Shown: positions 10,113-19,774, numbered from the stretch's first letter. The stretch: 64,000 nt of DNA from Candidatus Wolfebacteria bacterium RIFCSPLOWO2_01_FULL_47_17b (GCA_001793865.1 MGIS01000024.1:21525-85524); one strand, 5' to 3'. Numbers and translations: made by a program. Notes: a model not told the origin generated them from the letters alone.

Positions 10113-10121
10113 TTATCCACA
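10113..10121. promoter_or_regulatory. Perfect DnaA box in polA divergent promoter region
   Basis: TTATCCACA. Confidence 0.5.
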
Positions 10122-10194
10122 CATCTTCGATTTGCGCGTAAATAATGTGTTATACTGTTTGAAAGGCCCTAAAAGCAATCACTAATTATTTATT

Positions 10195-11334
10195 ATGGAT
10201 CAAAACACGTCCTTCGATCCGATACAATCATCGGGTCAGCAAGATGATCGAAGTAAAGTTCCTCCTCCGCCCCCGTCATATGATCAACAGGTTGGGGTAC
10301 GAAGCATGGCTTCCGATATGCAGTCCATCCAGCAGTCCGGAGGCGAGTCGCCTCAGTCCCAGATACTCTCGGCACAGGATGTTTTCAAGTCGCCGCAGCA
10401 GGATCAGTCTCAATTTATTCCCCCAGCCACTCCGATGAGCGCGGTTCCTCCTCCACCGATGCCGGATATTCCCGGCATGATGCCGCAGGCACCCGATCAA
10501 CAGCAGGTAGTTATGGAACCTCCGGTGTCGCACGGATCGCCCCTCAAGACCATTCTTACGATATTCGGTATTGTTATCGTTGCGGCGGGCGTGGGATATG
10601 GAGTGTATTATCTTGTAAACTCGTTGAACTCTGGGCCAGCCGTTCCCGCGGTTCCTGCGTTTTCACCCAATCCGGCGCTTTCCGAGGAGCCGACGCCGGC
10701 CGCATCGACACCGTCTCCGCTAAGCCATTCATCGCTTATTCCCAACCCGGCAAAATCAGAGAGTATTCCGCTGACGATGATTGCGTTGGGAGATTTCAAA
10801 ACGGCTTTGTCGGCAGTATCAGCCCGGGAAAGCATGCTCGTGGGCACCGTAAAAGATCTTTCTTTTGTGACTGAAGCGGGGGTGCCGGTAAGTTCTGAAC
10901 AGTTTTTGACCGCGTTCTTTCCGTCAGCGGCCGCGAATATTTCATTTCTCTTTGAACAGGACTTTACCGCATGGTTGTATGGCGATCGTGTAGGCGGAAA
11001 TAAATTCGGTGTAGTGTTCGGGGTAAAGCAAGGAATCTCTGCTGAGCAATTAACCGCGTCACTCTCTCTTCTTGAGGGAAACACATCGGACATATCCAAT
11101 ATGTTTGTTTCATCGGTTTCGGCGGCAGGAACATCCGGTTTTGAAGGGGCTCCGATTGATGGCATTCCGGTTCGGTATCTGGTGCTTTCATCAAAGAATC
11201 AGCAGGTGTTTGAGTACGCGTCGGTGCAGATCGGCGGTAAGATGCACGTGATCATTACGACTTCCTACTATCAGATGCAGCACATACTTAATCTGCTCAA
11301 CGCCCAGCCGGTTGCCACAACTCCGACCGTGTAA
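10195..11334 (+). CDS. Membrane-anchored hypothetical protein, Pro/Gln-rich N-terminus
   Basis: 379 aa ORF, single TM near residues 119-140. Confidence 0.75.
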   Translation: MDQNTSFDPIQSSGQQDDRSKVPPPPPSYDQQVGVRSMASDMQSIQQSGGESPQSQILSAQDVFKSPQQDQSQFIPPATPMSAVPPPPMPDIPGMMPQAPDQQQVVMEPPVSHGSPLKTILTIFGIVIVAAGVGYGVYYLVNSLNSGPAVPAVPAFSPNPALSEEPTPAASTPSPLSHSSLIPNPAKSESIPLTMIALGDFKTALSAVSARESMLVGTVKDLSFVTEAGVPVSSEQFLTAFFPSAAANISFLFEQDFTAWLYGDRVGGNKFGVVFGVKQGISAEQLTASLSLLEGNTSDISNMFVSSVSAAGTSGFEGAPIDGIPVRYLVLSSKNQQVFEYASVQIGGKMHVIITTSYYQMQHILNLLNAQPVATTPTV

Positions 11335-12370
11335 GTTCTTGTAGCACCAACCCCAGTTCCTTTTGGGTGGTTTTGGTTTGGGAGAATATAATTATATTGC
11401 AACCTGCTTCAAGCGCGCGGAGGGCGCGGTCTTTGAGTGAGAATTGCGAGAATGCATCCATCTCCAAATCGTCGCTTATGGCCATGCCTTTGAATCCGAG
11501 TTCGTTTTGAAGCAAGGATTGTATGATTGTAGGAGAAAGGGCCGCGGGCAAAGAATCAAAGGCGGCGTATACGCTACCGCCGATCATGACCGCGGGGGGA
11601 TTGAAGCGTGAAATTATTTTTTTGAATGGCACAAGGTGCTTTTCGAGCTCTTGTTTGGAAGCAGGTACGGTTGCTATGGAATCGTGTGTGTCTACCGAGT
11701 CGTCGGTGTGGCCCGGAAAGTGTTTGAGCACCGGTATAACGCCGCCGTCTTCGTAACCTCGTAGCATCGCTCCCGCGAGCATCGTTATTATTTCGGGATC
11801 TTTTTGGAATGTTCGGTTATATAAAAAGGAATCTGGGTTCGTAATGTAATCAACAACGGGAGAAAAATTCATATCAATGCCGTACTCACGCAGCTGTTCG
11901 GCCCTCTTCCGCGCTATGAGGTACGCATCGGTTTCCGATGAAATGTCTTTTTGTGCCGTACTCTCCGTGCCGGGAAATGCTATGCGTGATACGTCGCCGC
12001 CTTCCTGGTCTATTGCGATTATAATTTCGGAATTGATCGCATGAATATCAGCGGTTAGTTTTTTCAATTGTGCGAGAGATTGGATGTTTCTGGATAGGAG
12101 TAAAATGCCGCCGATGTGATACGCGCGTATGAAATCGGCCGTTGTTTTGGAAAGCACCGTGTCGGTGACGCCGATCATCACTTGAGAAGGCGCGTGAGGT
12201 TCAACCTTGGTCTGGGAAGGTTGAACCTCGGCGATATTTAGTATGTTTGCCTGCAACGAAACAGAAGCCGTTGGGGTGGCTTTGGAAATGGCCGTGCAAG
12301 CGAACGCAAAAAATACCGAGAGCAGAATAAAGGAAAGTATATAGGGGGCGTGTATGAGCTTGCGGTTCAT
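11297..12370 (-). CDS. nagZ: GH3 beta-N-acetylhexosaminidase (NagZ-like), exported
   Basis: AIDQEGGDVSRI, NFSPVVD, KHFPGHTDDSVDTH, SDDLEM. Confidence 0.88.
   Translation of the reverse strand: MNRKLIHAPYILSFILLSVFFAFACTAISKATPTASVSLQANILNIAEVQPSQTKVEPHAPSQVMIGVTDTVLSKTTADFIRAYHIGGILLLSRNIQSLAQLKKLTADIHAINSEIIIAIDQEGGDVSRIAFPGTESTAQKDISSETDAYLIARKRAEQLREYGIDMNFSPVVDYITNPDSFLYNRTFQKDPEIITMLAGAMLRGYEDGGVIPVLKHFPGHTDDSVDTHDSIATVPASKQELEKHLVPFKKIISRFNPPAVMIGGSVYAAFDSLPAALSPTIIQSLLQNELGFKGMAISDDLEMDAFSQFSLKDRALRALEAGCNIIIFSQTKTTQKELGLVLQELTRSELWQPAGR
12196..12229. repeat. AGGTTNAACCT REP doublet inside nagZ CDS
   Basis: GAGGTTCAACCTTGGTCTGGGAAGGTTGAACCTC. Confidence 0.8.
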
Positions 12371-12396
12371 CGGTTACGAGTGTATACTATAAGCAT

Positions 12397-12738
12397 ATGT
12401 TAACAGCTCAGGAAGCACAAGAATTTAAAAAGATACTGCAAGAAGACAAGCATAAAACGCTTGCAGATCTTAAGGAGCTGGAATCGCCTCCCGATTTTGG
12501 AAATGAACCCGGGCCCGAGGACGAAATAGACGAGGCCAAACAGGCATTCGATAATGAAGGAAGCGCCAAAAGCTACCGCCGCCGCATATCGGAAATAGAT
12601 GCGGCACTTGCCCGCATTGAAAAAGGAACGTATGGAGTTTGCGAGAAAACAGGAAAGGAAATTCCCAAAGAGGTGCTGGAAATAAACCCGGTTGCTCGAT
12701 TCCACCCAGACTATCTGAAGCAATCCCACAACCCATAA
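12397..12738 (+). CDS. DksA/TraR family protein
   Basis: Coiled coil, then IDAALARIEKGTYGVCEKTGKEIP; only one Cys retained. Confidence 0.85.
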   Translation: MLTAQEAQEFKKILQEDKHKTLADLKELESPPDFGNEPGPEDEIDEAKQAFDNEGSAKSYRRRISEIDAALARIEKGTYGVCEKTGKEIPKEVLEINPVARFHPDYLKQSHNP

Positions 12739-12743
12739 TTTAC

Positions 12744-12759
12744 TCCGCCAGCTGGCGGA
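12744..12759. repeat. 16-bp perfect palindrome TCCGCCAGCTGGCGGA
   Basis: Identical copy at 30684-30699. Confidence 0.75.
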
Positions 12760-12772
12760 TCACAACTTATCA

Positions 12773-14320
12773 ATGGCTGTCAAACATACAACTGCAAAAC
12801 TATACTGCGCCGAACTGGAGGGCGTTGTTTCTCGTTGTATTGAAGTTGAGGTGGACCTGCACCCTGGACTGAGCGCGTTTACAATTGTGGGACTTGGGGA
12901 CAAAGCCGTGTCCGAAGCGAAGGAACGCGTGCAAGCGGCTATAAAAAATTCCGGTATGAAGCCTCCCAACAAACAGAATCGCAAACTCACCGTAAATCTC
13001 GCTCCGGCGGACGTGAAGAAAAACGGATCGCAGTACGACATGGCTATCGCGCTCGGGTATTTGCTTGCGTCCGAACAGATGGCAGTATTCGATGCTTCCA
13101 AGAAACTCTTCTTGGGTGAGCTAGCTTTGGACGGCGCAATACGCCCAGTCCCGGGCGTGCTGAATGCATGTTTGATGGCCCGCGAACGCGGTATAGAGCA
13201 GGTATATGTGCCGCAGGGCAATGCGCCGGAAGTGAGGCACCTGTCTGAGCCTCGTGTTATTCCCGTCGGGCATATGCGTGGACTGGTTGCGCTGCTGGAG
13301 GGTAAGGTGCGTTACGCGTGCGCCGAGGCCGATCCGTTCGCGGCTGAGCAAACGCCCGGCGCAGTGGATATATCCGAGATACGCGGTCAGTCGGCGGCGA
13401 AGCGAACGCTTCTTGTCGCGGCGGCTGGAGGGCATAACCTGCTTATGTCAGGTCCGCCCGGCGCGGGTAAGACCATGCTGGCACAATCGCTTGTTTCTAT
13501 TCTGCCTGCTCTTGCGTTTGAAGAGGCGTTGGAATGCACGCAGATATACAGTGCGGCGGGACTTTTGCTGGATCGTCCGTTTATGTCGTATCGTCCGTTC
13601 CGATCTCCGCATCACAGCGCGTCGCTGGCGTCGGTGGTGGGAGGCGGAACAAATCCGCGGCCGGGTGAAGTTAGTTTGGCGCACCGGGGAGTGCTCTTTA
13701 TGGATGAATTTCCCGAATTCCATCGGGATGTACTGGAGGCGCTTCGCCAGCCGTTGGAACAAGGCACGGTTGTCGTGGCTCGCGCCAAGAGTACACATGT
13801 TTTTCCCTCCAAATTTATGCTTGTGGCCGCGGCAAATCCCTGCCCATGCGGTTACTACCAAGACGAGGAGAAGGAGTGCGTGTGCAGTCCTCGAGAAATT
13901 CACCGGTATTCCAAGAAATTGTCGGGGCCGTTGCTTGATCGTATAGACCTGCACATATGGGTACCGCGCCTTCGCTCCGAGGATCTGGTAAAGGATATCA
14001 ACGTCGCCGAATCCGACGCCGCGCGAGCACGTGTGCAGGAGGCTCGGGCGCGGCAAGCGGAACGATTTAGGCAAGCCGGACTTGGCCATTTTTCGAATTC
14101 CGAACTTACCTCAAAACAAGCGACGGAGCATATCCGTATCTCCCAGAGGGCAAAGGCCATGCTTGATCGGATGCTTGATGCGGCAAAGATCTCTGCACGC
14201 GGGTATTTTAAATCGATGAAAGTTGCTCAAACCATAGCGGACTTGGATGGTAGAGGTGAGGTTGACGAAGCGTGCATTCATGAAGCATTTTCGTATAGGA
14301 TACGTAATGTGGAGCACTGA
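12773..14320 (+). CDS. comM: ComM/YifB Mg-chelatase-like AAA+ helicase
   Basis: VNLAPAD, GPPGAGKT, PFRSPHH, GEVSLAHRGVLFMDEFPEF, NPCPCG, SGPLLDRID. Confidence 0.95.
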   Translation: MAVKHTTAKLYCAELEGVVSRCIEVEVDLHPGLSAFTIVGLGDKAVSEAKERVQAAIKNSGMKPPNKQNRKLTVNLAPADVKKNGSQYDMAIALGYLLASEQMAVFDASKKLFLGELALDGAIRPVPGVLNACLMARERGIEQVYVPQGNAPEVRHLSEPRVIPVGHMRGLVALLEGKVRYACAEADPFAAEQTPGAVDISEIRGQSAAKRTLLVAAAGGHNLLMSGPPGAGKTMLAQSLVSILPALAFEEALECTQIYSAAGLLLDRPFMSYRPFRSPHHSASLASVVGGGTNPRPGEVSLAHRGVLFMDEFPEFHRDVLEALRQPLEQGTVVVARAKSTHVFPSKFMLVAAANPCPCGYYQDEEKECVCSPREIHRYSKKLSGPLLDRIDLHIWVPRLRSEDLVKDINVAESDAARARVQEARARQAERFRQAGLGHFSNSELTSKQATEHIRISQRAKAMLDRMLDAAKISARGYFKSMKVAQTIADLDGRGEVDEACIHEAFSYRIRNVEH

Positions 14321-14342
14321 TTCTGTAACCTTTCAAATCCCC

Positions 14343-15110
14343 ACGAGGCTCAGCCTCGTAGAGAAAGTATGAGAAAGTTAGCTTTTGTAAATGGTGGTAT
14401 ATATCACATCTATAACCGCGGAGTTGAAAAACTCCCCGTTTTTCATGATAGTCATGATTGTTTCAGGTTTTTGTATGGCCTTTATGAATTTAATGACAAA
14501 AATCCTGCCGAAAATATTTACTTTAAAGAACCTTCTTTAAAGTCCTACGAGGCTGAGCCTCGTAGGGAGCTTATCCTTAAGGATCGCGAACAAGTTGTCC
14601 ATATATACGCGTATTGCCTTATAGATAATCACTTCCATCTTATGGCCAGGCAAATAGAAGAAGGGGGAATTGTAAAATTTATGCATAAATTAGGGACGGG
14701 GTATACTGGGTTTTCCAATAAAAAATATGAAAGGTCAGGGCATCTTTTTCAAGGAAGATTTAAAGCGGTTTCCATAGAGAAGGAATCTCAATTATTGTAT
14801 CTTCCATATTATATCCATGCGAATACACTTGATATGTATATGCCCGGATGGAGAGAGGATGGTGTTGCTAACCTCAATAAGGCAATGCAAATTCTTGAAA
14901 ACTATGAGTATAGCAGTTATTCGGAGTATGCATGCGAACAAGGGAATTATCGGAATCCTATTTTAGAAAAAGATTTTTTATCAGGAGTTTTAGGATCCCC
15001 AGAACAATATAAAAAAGATATGATGAAGTGGCTTAAGGAAAAAAATAGATTCGAAAAATTAGGCGGAGTAACGATAGAGTCATAGTTCTACGAGGCTGAG
15101 CCTCGTGGAA
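14343..15110. repeat. Three CGAGGCT-N-AGCCTCG REP palindromes flanking and inside RAYT-1
   Basis: Copies at 14343-14359, 14544-14566 and 15086-15110. Confidence 0.85.
14369..15085 (+). CDS. REP-associated tyrosine transposase (RAYT, Y1/IS200-like HUH)
   Basis: YHIYNRG, AYCLIDNHFHL, RSGHLFQGRF, YIHAN, YEYSSY. Confidence 0.9.
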   Translation: MRKLAFVNGGIYHIYNRGVEKLPVFHDSHDCFRFLYGLYEFNDKNPAENIYFKEPSLKSYEAEPRRELILKDREQVVHIYAYCLIDNHFHLMARQIEEGGIVKFMHKLGTGYTGFSNKKYERSGHLFQGRFKAVSIEKESQLLYLPYYIHANTLDMYMPGWREDGVANLNKAMQILENYEYSSYSEYACEQGNYRNPILEKDFLSGVLGSPEQYKKDMMKWLKEKNRFEKLGGVTIES

Positions 15111-15147
15111 ACTATACACTCATCCTCTTTTGCTTTACACTGGCGTT

Positions 15148-16929
15148 ATGTTTTCGGACTTGAACGACAAACAAAGAGAGGCGGTGTTTGCGGGGGATGG
15201 GCCGCTTTTGATAGTGGCGGGCGCGGGATCTGGCAAAACCAAAACACTTATTTCTCGGATCTTGTATTTTATTGCCGAGAAAAAGATCGAGCCGGCGAGG
15301 ATACTTGCTATTACGTTTACAAACAAGGCGGCTGATGAAATGAAATCCCGCGTGCTCGCCGCGCTCAAAAAAAGCGGTATCGGTATCCATTCCGAGCCGC
15401 GATTGAGCACCTTCCATTCATTCGGCGCGGCGTTGCTGCGTGATATGTGCGAGTACGCGGGTCGCACGAAGACTTTTTCCATATACGACGATGATGACTC
15501 GATCAAGCTTCTGCGCGACATAGTGAAACATAAAAATCTTGAAAAAGGAAAAGGAGCCGGCTACTTTGTGCGTGAAATATCCCGCATAAAAAGTGAGTTA
15601 GTCGGCAAAGCTGAATTCAGCGGGGAGGATGTTGTGCGGGAGGTATATGAGGAATACGAAGCTATGCTTAAAAAAAACAATGCGTTTGATTTTGATGATC
15701 TGATTGAAAAAGTGGTGCGCATATTTCAGGTCCACCGTGACGTGCTGGAGGAATATCAGAAGCGCTATACCCATGTGCTTGTGGACGAATACCAGGACGT
15801 GAATACCTCGCAGTATTGGATGCTGAAATTACTCGCGCAGAAACACGCCAACGTGACGGTCGTCGGAGACGATGCGCAATCCATATACCGGTTCCGATTC
15901 TCTGATTTTAGGAATTTTTTGAACTTCGAACAAAGTTGGCCGAATGCGAAGGTAATTTTTTTGGAGCAGAACTACCGTTCTTCTAAAAATATCATTGAGG
16001 CATCTTCGGATCTGATCGCAAAGAATACACAACAAAAGAAAAAGAATTTATGGACCGAGAATAGCCAAGGCGTGCCGGTGCAAGTCGTTGAGCATTCCGA
16101 TGAATTTAGCGAGGCTGATTTTATTGTCACCAAGGGGCGCGATCTTCAGAAGCTTACGAAGCATATCGGGATTCTGTTCCGTACAAACGCGCAGTCGCGC
16201 GCGCTGGAGCAGATGCTTATTGAATACGGCGTGGAGTACCGCCTATTCGGGGCGGTGAGTTTTTATGAGCGTAAGGAGATACGCGATGTGGTAGCGGCGC
16301 TGCGGTACGCGCACAATCCCGCCGATGAAGTCGCGCTTGATCGGCTGAAAAAGAACCTGTACAAAAAGCATTTTGTCTTGCTACGTGACGAGCTGCCGCA
16401 AAGAGCGCATGGAGTTTCTCCGACGAAGGTTATTTCGTATTTTATGGACGCGGTTTCGTATCCCGCGTATCTGCAGTCGGAATTTTCAAATTTTACTGAG
16501 CGGTTGGAAAACGTGCAGGAGCTTTTAAATTTTGCCGAGCAATTCGATTCTCTTGGGGCGTTTTTGGAAAAAATAGCGTTGGTGGATGCTTTTGATTCGG
16601 GGCGAAGGAAAAAGAAGTCTCGGCATGAACAGGGACCGACCATCGATTTAATGACTATACACCTCGCAAAAGGGCTTGAATTCGATGTGGTTCTGGTGGC
16701 GGGGGTCAATGAGGGAACGCTGCCGCATAGCCGGTCGTATTATTCGATGGACGAATTGGAGGAAGAACGGCGGCTGATGTATGTGGCGATGACGCGGGCC
16801 AAAGAGCAGTTGTATTTGAATTTCTATCACACGCCTTCGCGATTCCTATTTGAACTTCCGGGTAATAAGATTGTGTTCCATGGAGAAAAATCACTTGAGG
16901 ATGAAGAACGGTATATAGAATATGACTAA
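15148..16929 (+). CDS. pcrA: UvrD/PcrA helicase
   Basis: AGAGSGKT, AITFTNKAA, VDEYQD, GDDAQSIY, LEQNYRS, TIHLAKGLEF, YVAMTRAK. Confidence 0.95.
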   Translation: MFSDLNDKQREAVFAGDGPLLIVAGAGSGKTKTLISRILYFIAEKKIEPARILAITFTNKAADEMKSRVLAALKKSGIGIHSEPRLSTFHSFGAALLRDMCEYAGRTKTFSIYDDDDSIKLLRDIVKHKNLEKGKGAGYFVREISRIKSELVGKAEFSGEDVVREVYEEYEAMLKKNNAFDFDDLIEKVVRIFQVHRDVLEEYQKRYTHVLVDEYQDVNTSQYWMLKLLAQKHANVTVVGDDAQSIYRFRFSDFRNFLNFEQSWPNAKVIFLEQNYRSSKNIIEASSDLIAKNTQQKKKNLWTENSQGVPVQVVEHSDEFSEADFIVTKGRDLQKLTKHIGILFRTNAQSRALEQMLIEYGVEYRLFGAVSFYERKEIRDVVAALRYAHNPADEVALDRLKKNLYKKHFVLLRDELPQRAHGVSPTKVISYFMDAVSYPAYLQSEFSNFTERLENVQELLNFAEQFDSLGAFLEKIALVDAFDSGRRKKKSRHEQGPTIDLMTIHLAKGLEFDVVLVAGVNEGTLPHSRSYYSMDELEEERRLMYVAMTRAKEQLYLNFYHTPSRFLFELPGNKIVFHGEKSLEDEERYIEYD

Positions 16930-17719
16930 CAAACGACTCGGTCAGCATTTTTTACAGAATGGAGCTAAGCTACAAAAGATTGCAGACGCTCTTGAGATAC
17001 AAAAAGGGGATGTGATAATCGAGATTGGCCCCGGTAGAGGCGAACTTACTGAAAAACTTCTTGCCGCGGGCGCACGTGTGATTGCTATTGAAAAGGATGT
17101 ATTGTTGTGGTCAAGGCCGGGTCTCGACCACCTCGAGATGGTGTACGGCGATGTGCGAGAAAAGCTTTCGGTTGTTGTGAAATCTTTAGAAAAGAAACCC
17201 TACTTTCTTGCAGGAAATATCCCTTACTATCTGACGGGGTATTTGTTGCGAATGATAGGAGATATTGAGCACAAGCCGGTGCGGACAGTTTTTACGATTC
17301 AAAAGGAAGTTGCTGAGCGAATATGTAAAACCGAGGAGGTTGGCATGAATATATTAGCGGCTTCCATTTTGTGGTGGGCTGACGCGGCATACATTACCAC
17401 AATTCCGCGAAAAATGTTCAATCCTCCGCCGAAGATTGATTCCGCCGTAATCTTACTGAAAACAAAGCCAGCTTTCATAAAGGGTGGAACGAGGCAGCTC
17501 CGTGACCACGCTGATTATATGAAATTCGTGAAAGTTTTATTCGCGCATCCACGCAAAACAGCGCTATCGAATCTCCTCGCATTGTATAAAAAGAAGGCCG
17601 TGTTGGTCACCTTTACTGCATTGGATATTAGTGCGAATATTCGTCCCGAAAGACTCTCATTTGAGAAAATTTTAGAATTATATAAAACATTGCCCTCACT
17701 TAAGGACGATCGTCCTTAA
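16922..17719 (+). CDS. rsmA: 16S rRNA dimethyladenosine transferase
   Basis: LGQHFL, EIGPGRG, GNIPYY, FNPPPKIDSA. Confidence 0.95.
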   Translation: MTNKRLGQHFLQNGAKLQKIADALEIQKGDVIIEIGPGRGELTEKLLAAGARVIAIEKDVLLWSRPGLDHLEMVYGDVREKLSVVVKSLEKKPYFLAGNIPYYLTGYLLRMIGDIEHKPVRTVFTIQKEVAERICKTEEVGMNILAASILWWADAAYITTIPRKMFNPPPKIDSAVILLKTKPAFIKGGTRQLRDHADYMKFVKVLFAHPRKTALSNLLALYKKKAVLVTFTALDISANIRPERLSFEKILELYKTLPSLKDDRP

Positions 17720-17725
17720 GTGAGG
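17694..17725. repeat. Palindrome P1 (CACTTAAGGACGATCGT family)
   Basis: Perfect 32-bp palindrome CCTCACTTAAGGACGATCGTCCTTAAGTGAGG overlapping the rsmA stop. Confidence 0.9.
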
Positions 17726-17727
17726 AA

Positions 17728-18300
17728 CTAAATTCCAAAGTGATATTTAAGTTTATCTTCTCCTTCAAAATGATCCACATACGCAATAAGTATGTGATCT
17801 CGAATTGCGTAAAACGACGCGATGAAATCTATTTCGTCTTCGCACGAGTACGGAATAATAGCCACGCTCCTTTGGAGGAAATAAAAACCCATTCGATAAA
17901 GATGCCTTCGTAGAGCATTCCGCGCGGTTTTGTATTTTTCAGGAACGTCGAATGAAACAATTCGCCATTTTTTGTCCCATCGTCCCGCCGTCTTCAGCTC
18001 TATGTGTTCAATATCAAATTGCAAAACTTTTTCTTTTCCGGTTTTCAGTATTTTTATCTCTATGTTGCCATCCGCGAGTTCTTTGTAATCAACCATCTCT
18101 CGTTTCTGGAGGACGCGCAGATCCCGCATGAATTTATCTTTTTCAAAACACCTTTTTCGATAATAGATTTTTGCCAGTTCCGAGAGGATACGCGCGCCGC
18201 CAGCTGGATTGGTAAGTGAGACAACGGCAATTCCCGTGCCGATTGCAAGGTATTTCAATATAAGATGCGAGCGAGAGTTTCTATATATATTTTTTGCCAT
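17728..18300 (-). CDS. PaaX-like/Cas2-like domain protein (wHTH + ferredoxin-like)
   Basis: WDKKWRIVSFDVPEKYKTARNALRRHLYRMGFYFLQRSV resembles the PaaX central domain. Confidence 0.75.
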   Translation of the reverse strand: MAKNIYRNSRSHLILKYLAIGTGIAVVSLTNPAGGARILSELAKIYYRKRCFEKDKFMRDLRVLQKREMVDYKELADGNIEIKILKTGKEKVLQFDIEHIELKTAGRWDKKWRIVSFDVPEKYKTARNALRRHLYRMGFYFLQRSVAIIPYSCEDEIDFIASFYAIRDHILIAYVDHFEGEDKLKYHFGI

Positions 18301-18382
18301 AACAGCCGAGCACTATTCGTGCTCCTATTATCACTCCCTCTGTATATAAAATCAACCCCCAGTTAGGCGATTGTCAGATGTT

Positions 18383-18422
18383 CTGCCCCCACTTAAGAAC
18401 GATCGTTCATAAGTGAGGGCAG
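18383..18422. repeat. Palindrome P2
   Basis: CTGCCCCCACTTAAGAACGATCGTTCATAAGTGAGGGCAG. Confidence 0.85.
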
Positions 18423-18461
18423 GGAGAGTGGCGGGAAGAGAATTTAAAAGAGTCAGGGCGG

Positions 18462-18800
18462 CTAGAAAGGAAATAGGCCGCAACGTATGACTCCGTCCGC
18501 AAGCTCATGACAGGTAAAAAATAATTCTATGACGGTTTCGTATAGAAAGTAGATAAGCAGACATCCATATGCGGCAAGCGTTCCTATTCCCGTCCATTTT
18601 AAGAAGTTATTTCCATTTTTTCTGGATTTTGATATGAGGATTATGGGCACAGAAATGAAAGCGATTAAGAATAGAAGCGACAGATTTGCCCCGACTGATC
18701 CGAGTCCGAGAATTCCTGAAAGGCGAAACAAACCCAATACAGCAGCAAAAATGGCAATGCCGGTTATAACTCCGCTGATCTTTTGATATGCGTTCTTCAT
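18462..18800 (-). CDS. Small 3-TM hypothetical membrane protein
   Basis: 112 aa hydrophobic ORF. Confidence 0.6.
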   Translation of the reverse strand: MKNAYQKISGVITGIAIFAAVLGLFRLSGILGLGSVGANLSLLFLIAFISVPIILISKSRKNGNNFLKWTGIGTLAAYGCLLIYFLYETVIELFFTCHELADGVIRCGLFPF

Positions 18801-18836
18801 TTTTAAATTTGGTTATAATGTAGTATCAGCCGCCAT

Positions 18837-19601
18837 TTAGCGGTAGATACAATAGGGATTTGGGGAGATGGCGCAGGGATCGTTTTTCTCTTTTGCCGTA
18901 ATACATGATTCGTTTTTGTTTGTCGTATACACATATCTTTGCGAGCCCGTGTATTCGGCGGGTTTTGGCACCGGAAAAGTGTCCAATTTTTTTTCTAGCT
19001 CCATCAGGTTATTCGCGTATACTCCGAATTTTGTAAAATACAGTACCTGAAGAGCCTCTATTTTTTGTATATCCGCTTTTGCGCGTGCGGTGCTTGCGGT
19101 TGATTTGCAATATACACCCGGAATACTTTCCCAGATTGAAGCGATAATAATCACGTAGCTGACAACGTTTATGATCGTCATAAGCACGAGGGCTTGATTT
19201 TGCGTGAAATTATATTTTTCTTTGATCTTTTTTGTGAAGAATGCGAGTTCGAAAAATACGGTGAATATAAAGAATATTGGGAAGAGAATGTATATAGATT
19301 GCTTGTCGGGTCGGGCGATAATAGAAGTCGCAAAAAATCCGAGGATGGATGTTACGAAATTCCCAAGAATGATAATGAATAGAATGTGTTTTACCGCAAG
19401 CCATTTTTTGTATATGAACTTTGAAGCGATAATGAGCGTGATTGCTTCGGATATAACCACCACAGCAAAGAGAACGAACACATTTCCGAATGCTTCTATG
19501 ATAGTTGGAGACATGCCAACGATCATATCTGCATATGCAAAGGATGTGGACAGCAGGATTCCGGCCGCAATAAGAGTTGGTAGAAGCGGGGCTTTTTTCA
19601 T
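18837..19601 (-). CDS. Membrane protein with C-terminal pilin/pseudopilin-like segment
   Basis: Signal peptide, about 4 TM, then ARAKADIQKIEALQVLYFTKFGVY and Cys pairs. Confidence 0.55.
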   Translation of the reverse strand: MKKAPLLPTLIAAGILLSTSFAYADMIVGMSPTIIEAFGNVFVLFAVVVISEAITLIIASKFIYKKWLAVKHILFIIILGNFVTSILGFFATSIIARPDKQSIYILFPIFFIFTVFFELAFFTKKIKEKYNFTQNQALVLMTIINVVSYVIIIASIWESIPGVYCKSTASTARAKADIQKIEALQVLYFTKFGVYANNLMELEKKLDTFPVPKPAEYTGSQRYVYTTNKNESCITAKEKNDPCAISPNPYCIYR

Positions 19602-19650
19602 GTTGCTTTAAGTATAAGTCGTGTCTGCGAAAGTTCAAGCTATACGTGTC

Positions 19651-19692
19651 CCTGCCTTCACTTATGAACGATCGTCCATAAGCGAGGGCAGG
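19651..19692. repeat. Palindrome P3
   Basis: CCTGCCTTCACTTATGAACGATCGTCCATAAGCGAGGGCAGG. Confidence 0.85.
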
Positions 19693-19774
19693 TAGAGGGG
19701 GCGGTTGGTGAGGGGGATTTTATGCACATTTTTCGTTTGTATAAAGACCTCCACTAGTAGTATACTTATATTGT

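Noticed and set aside
6417-14089. Long alternative-frame ORFs (6417-7322, 8375-9193, 13254-13946, 13448-14089)
   Set aside because: Shadows of well-supported genes with no recognisable motifs.
17694-19692. CRISPR array suggested by palindromic repeats plus a Cas2-like gene
   Set aside because: Only three degenerate copies, separated by 0.66 and 1.2 kb containing genes; no spacer periodicity and no cas1.
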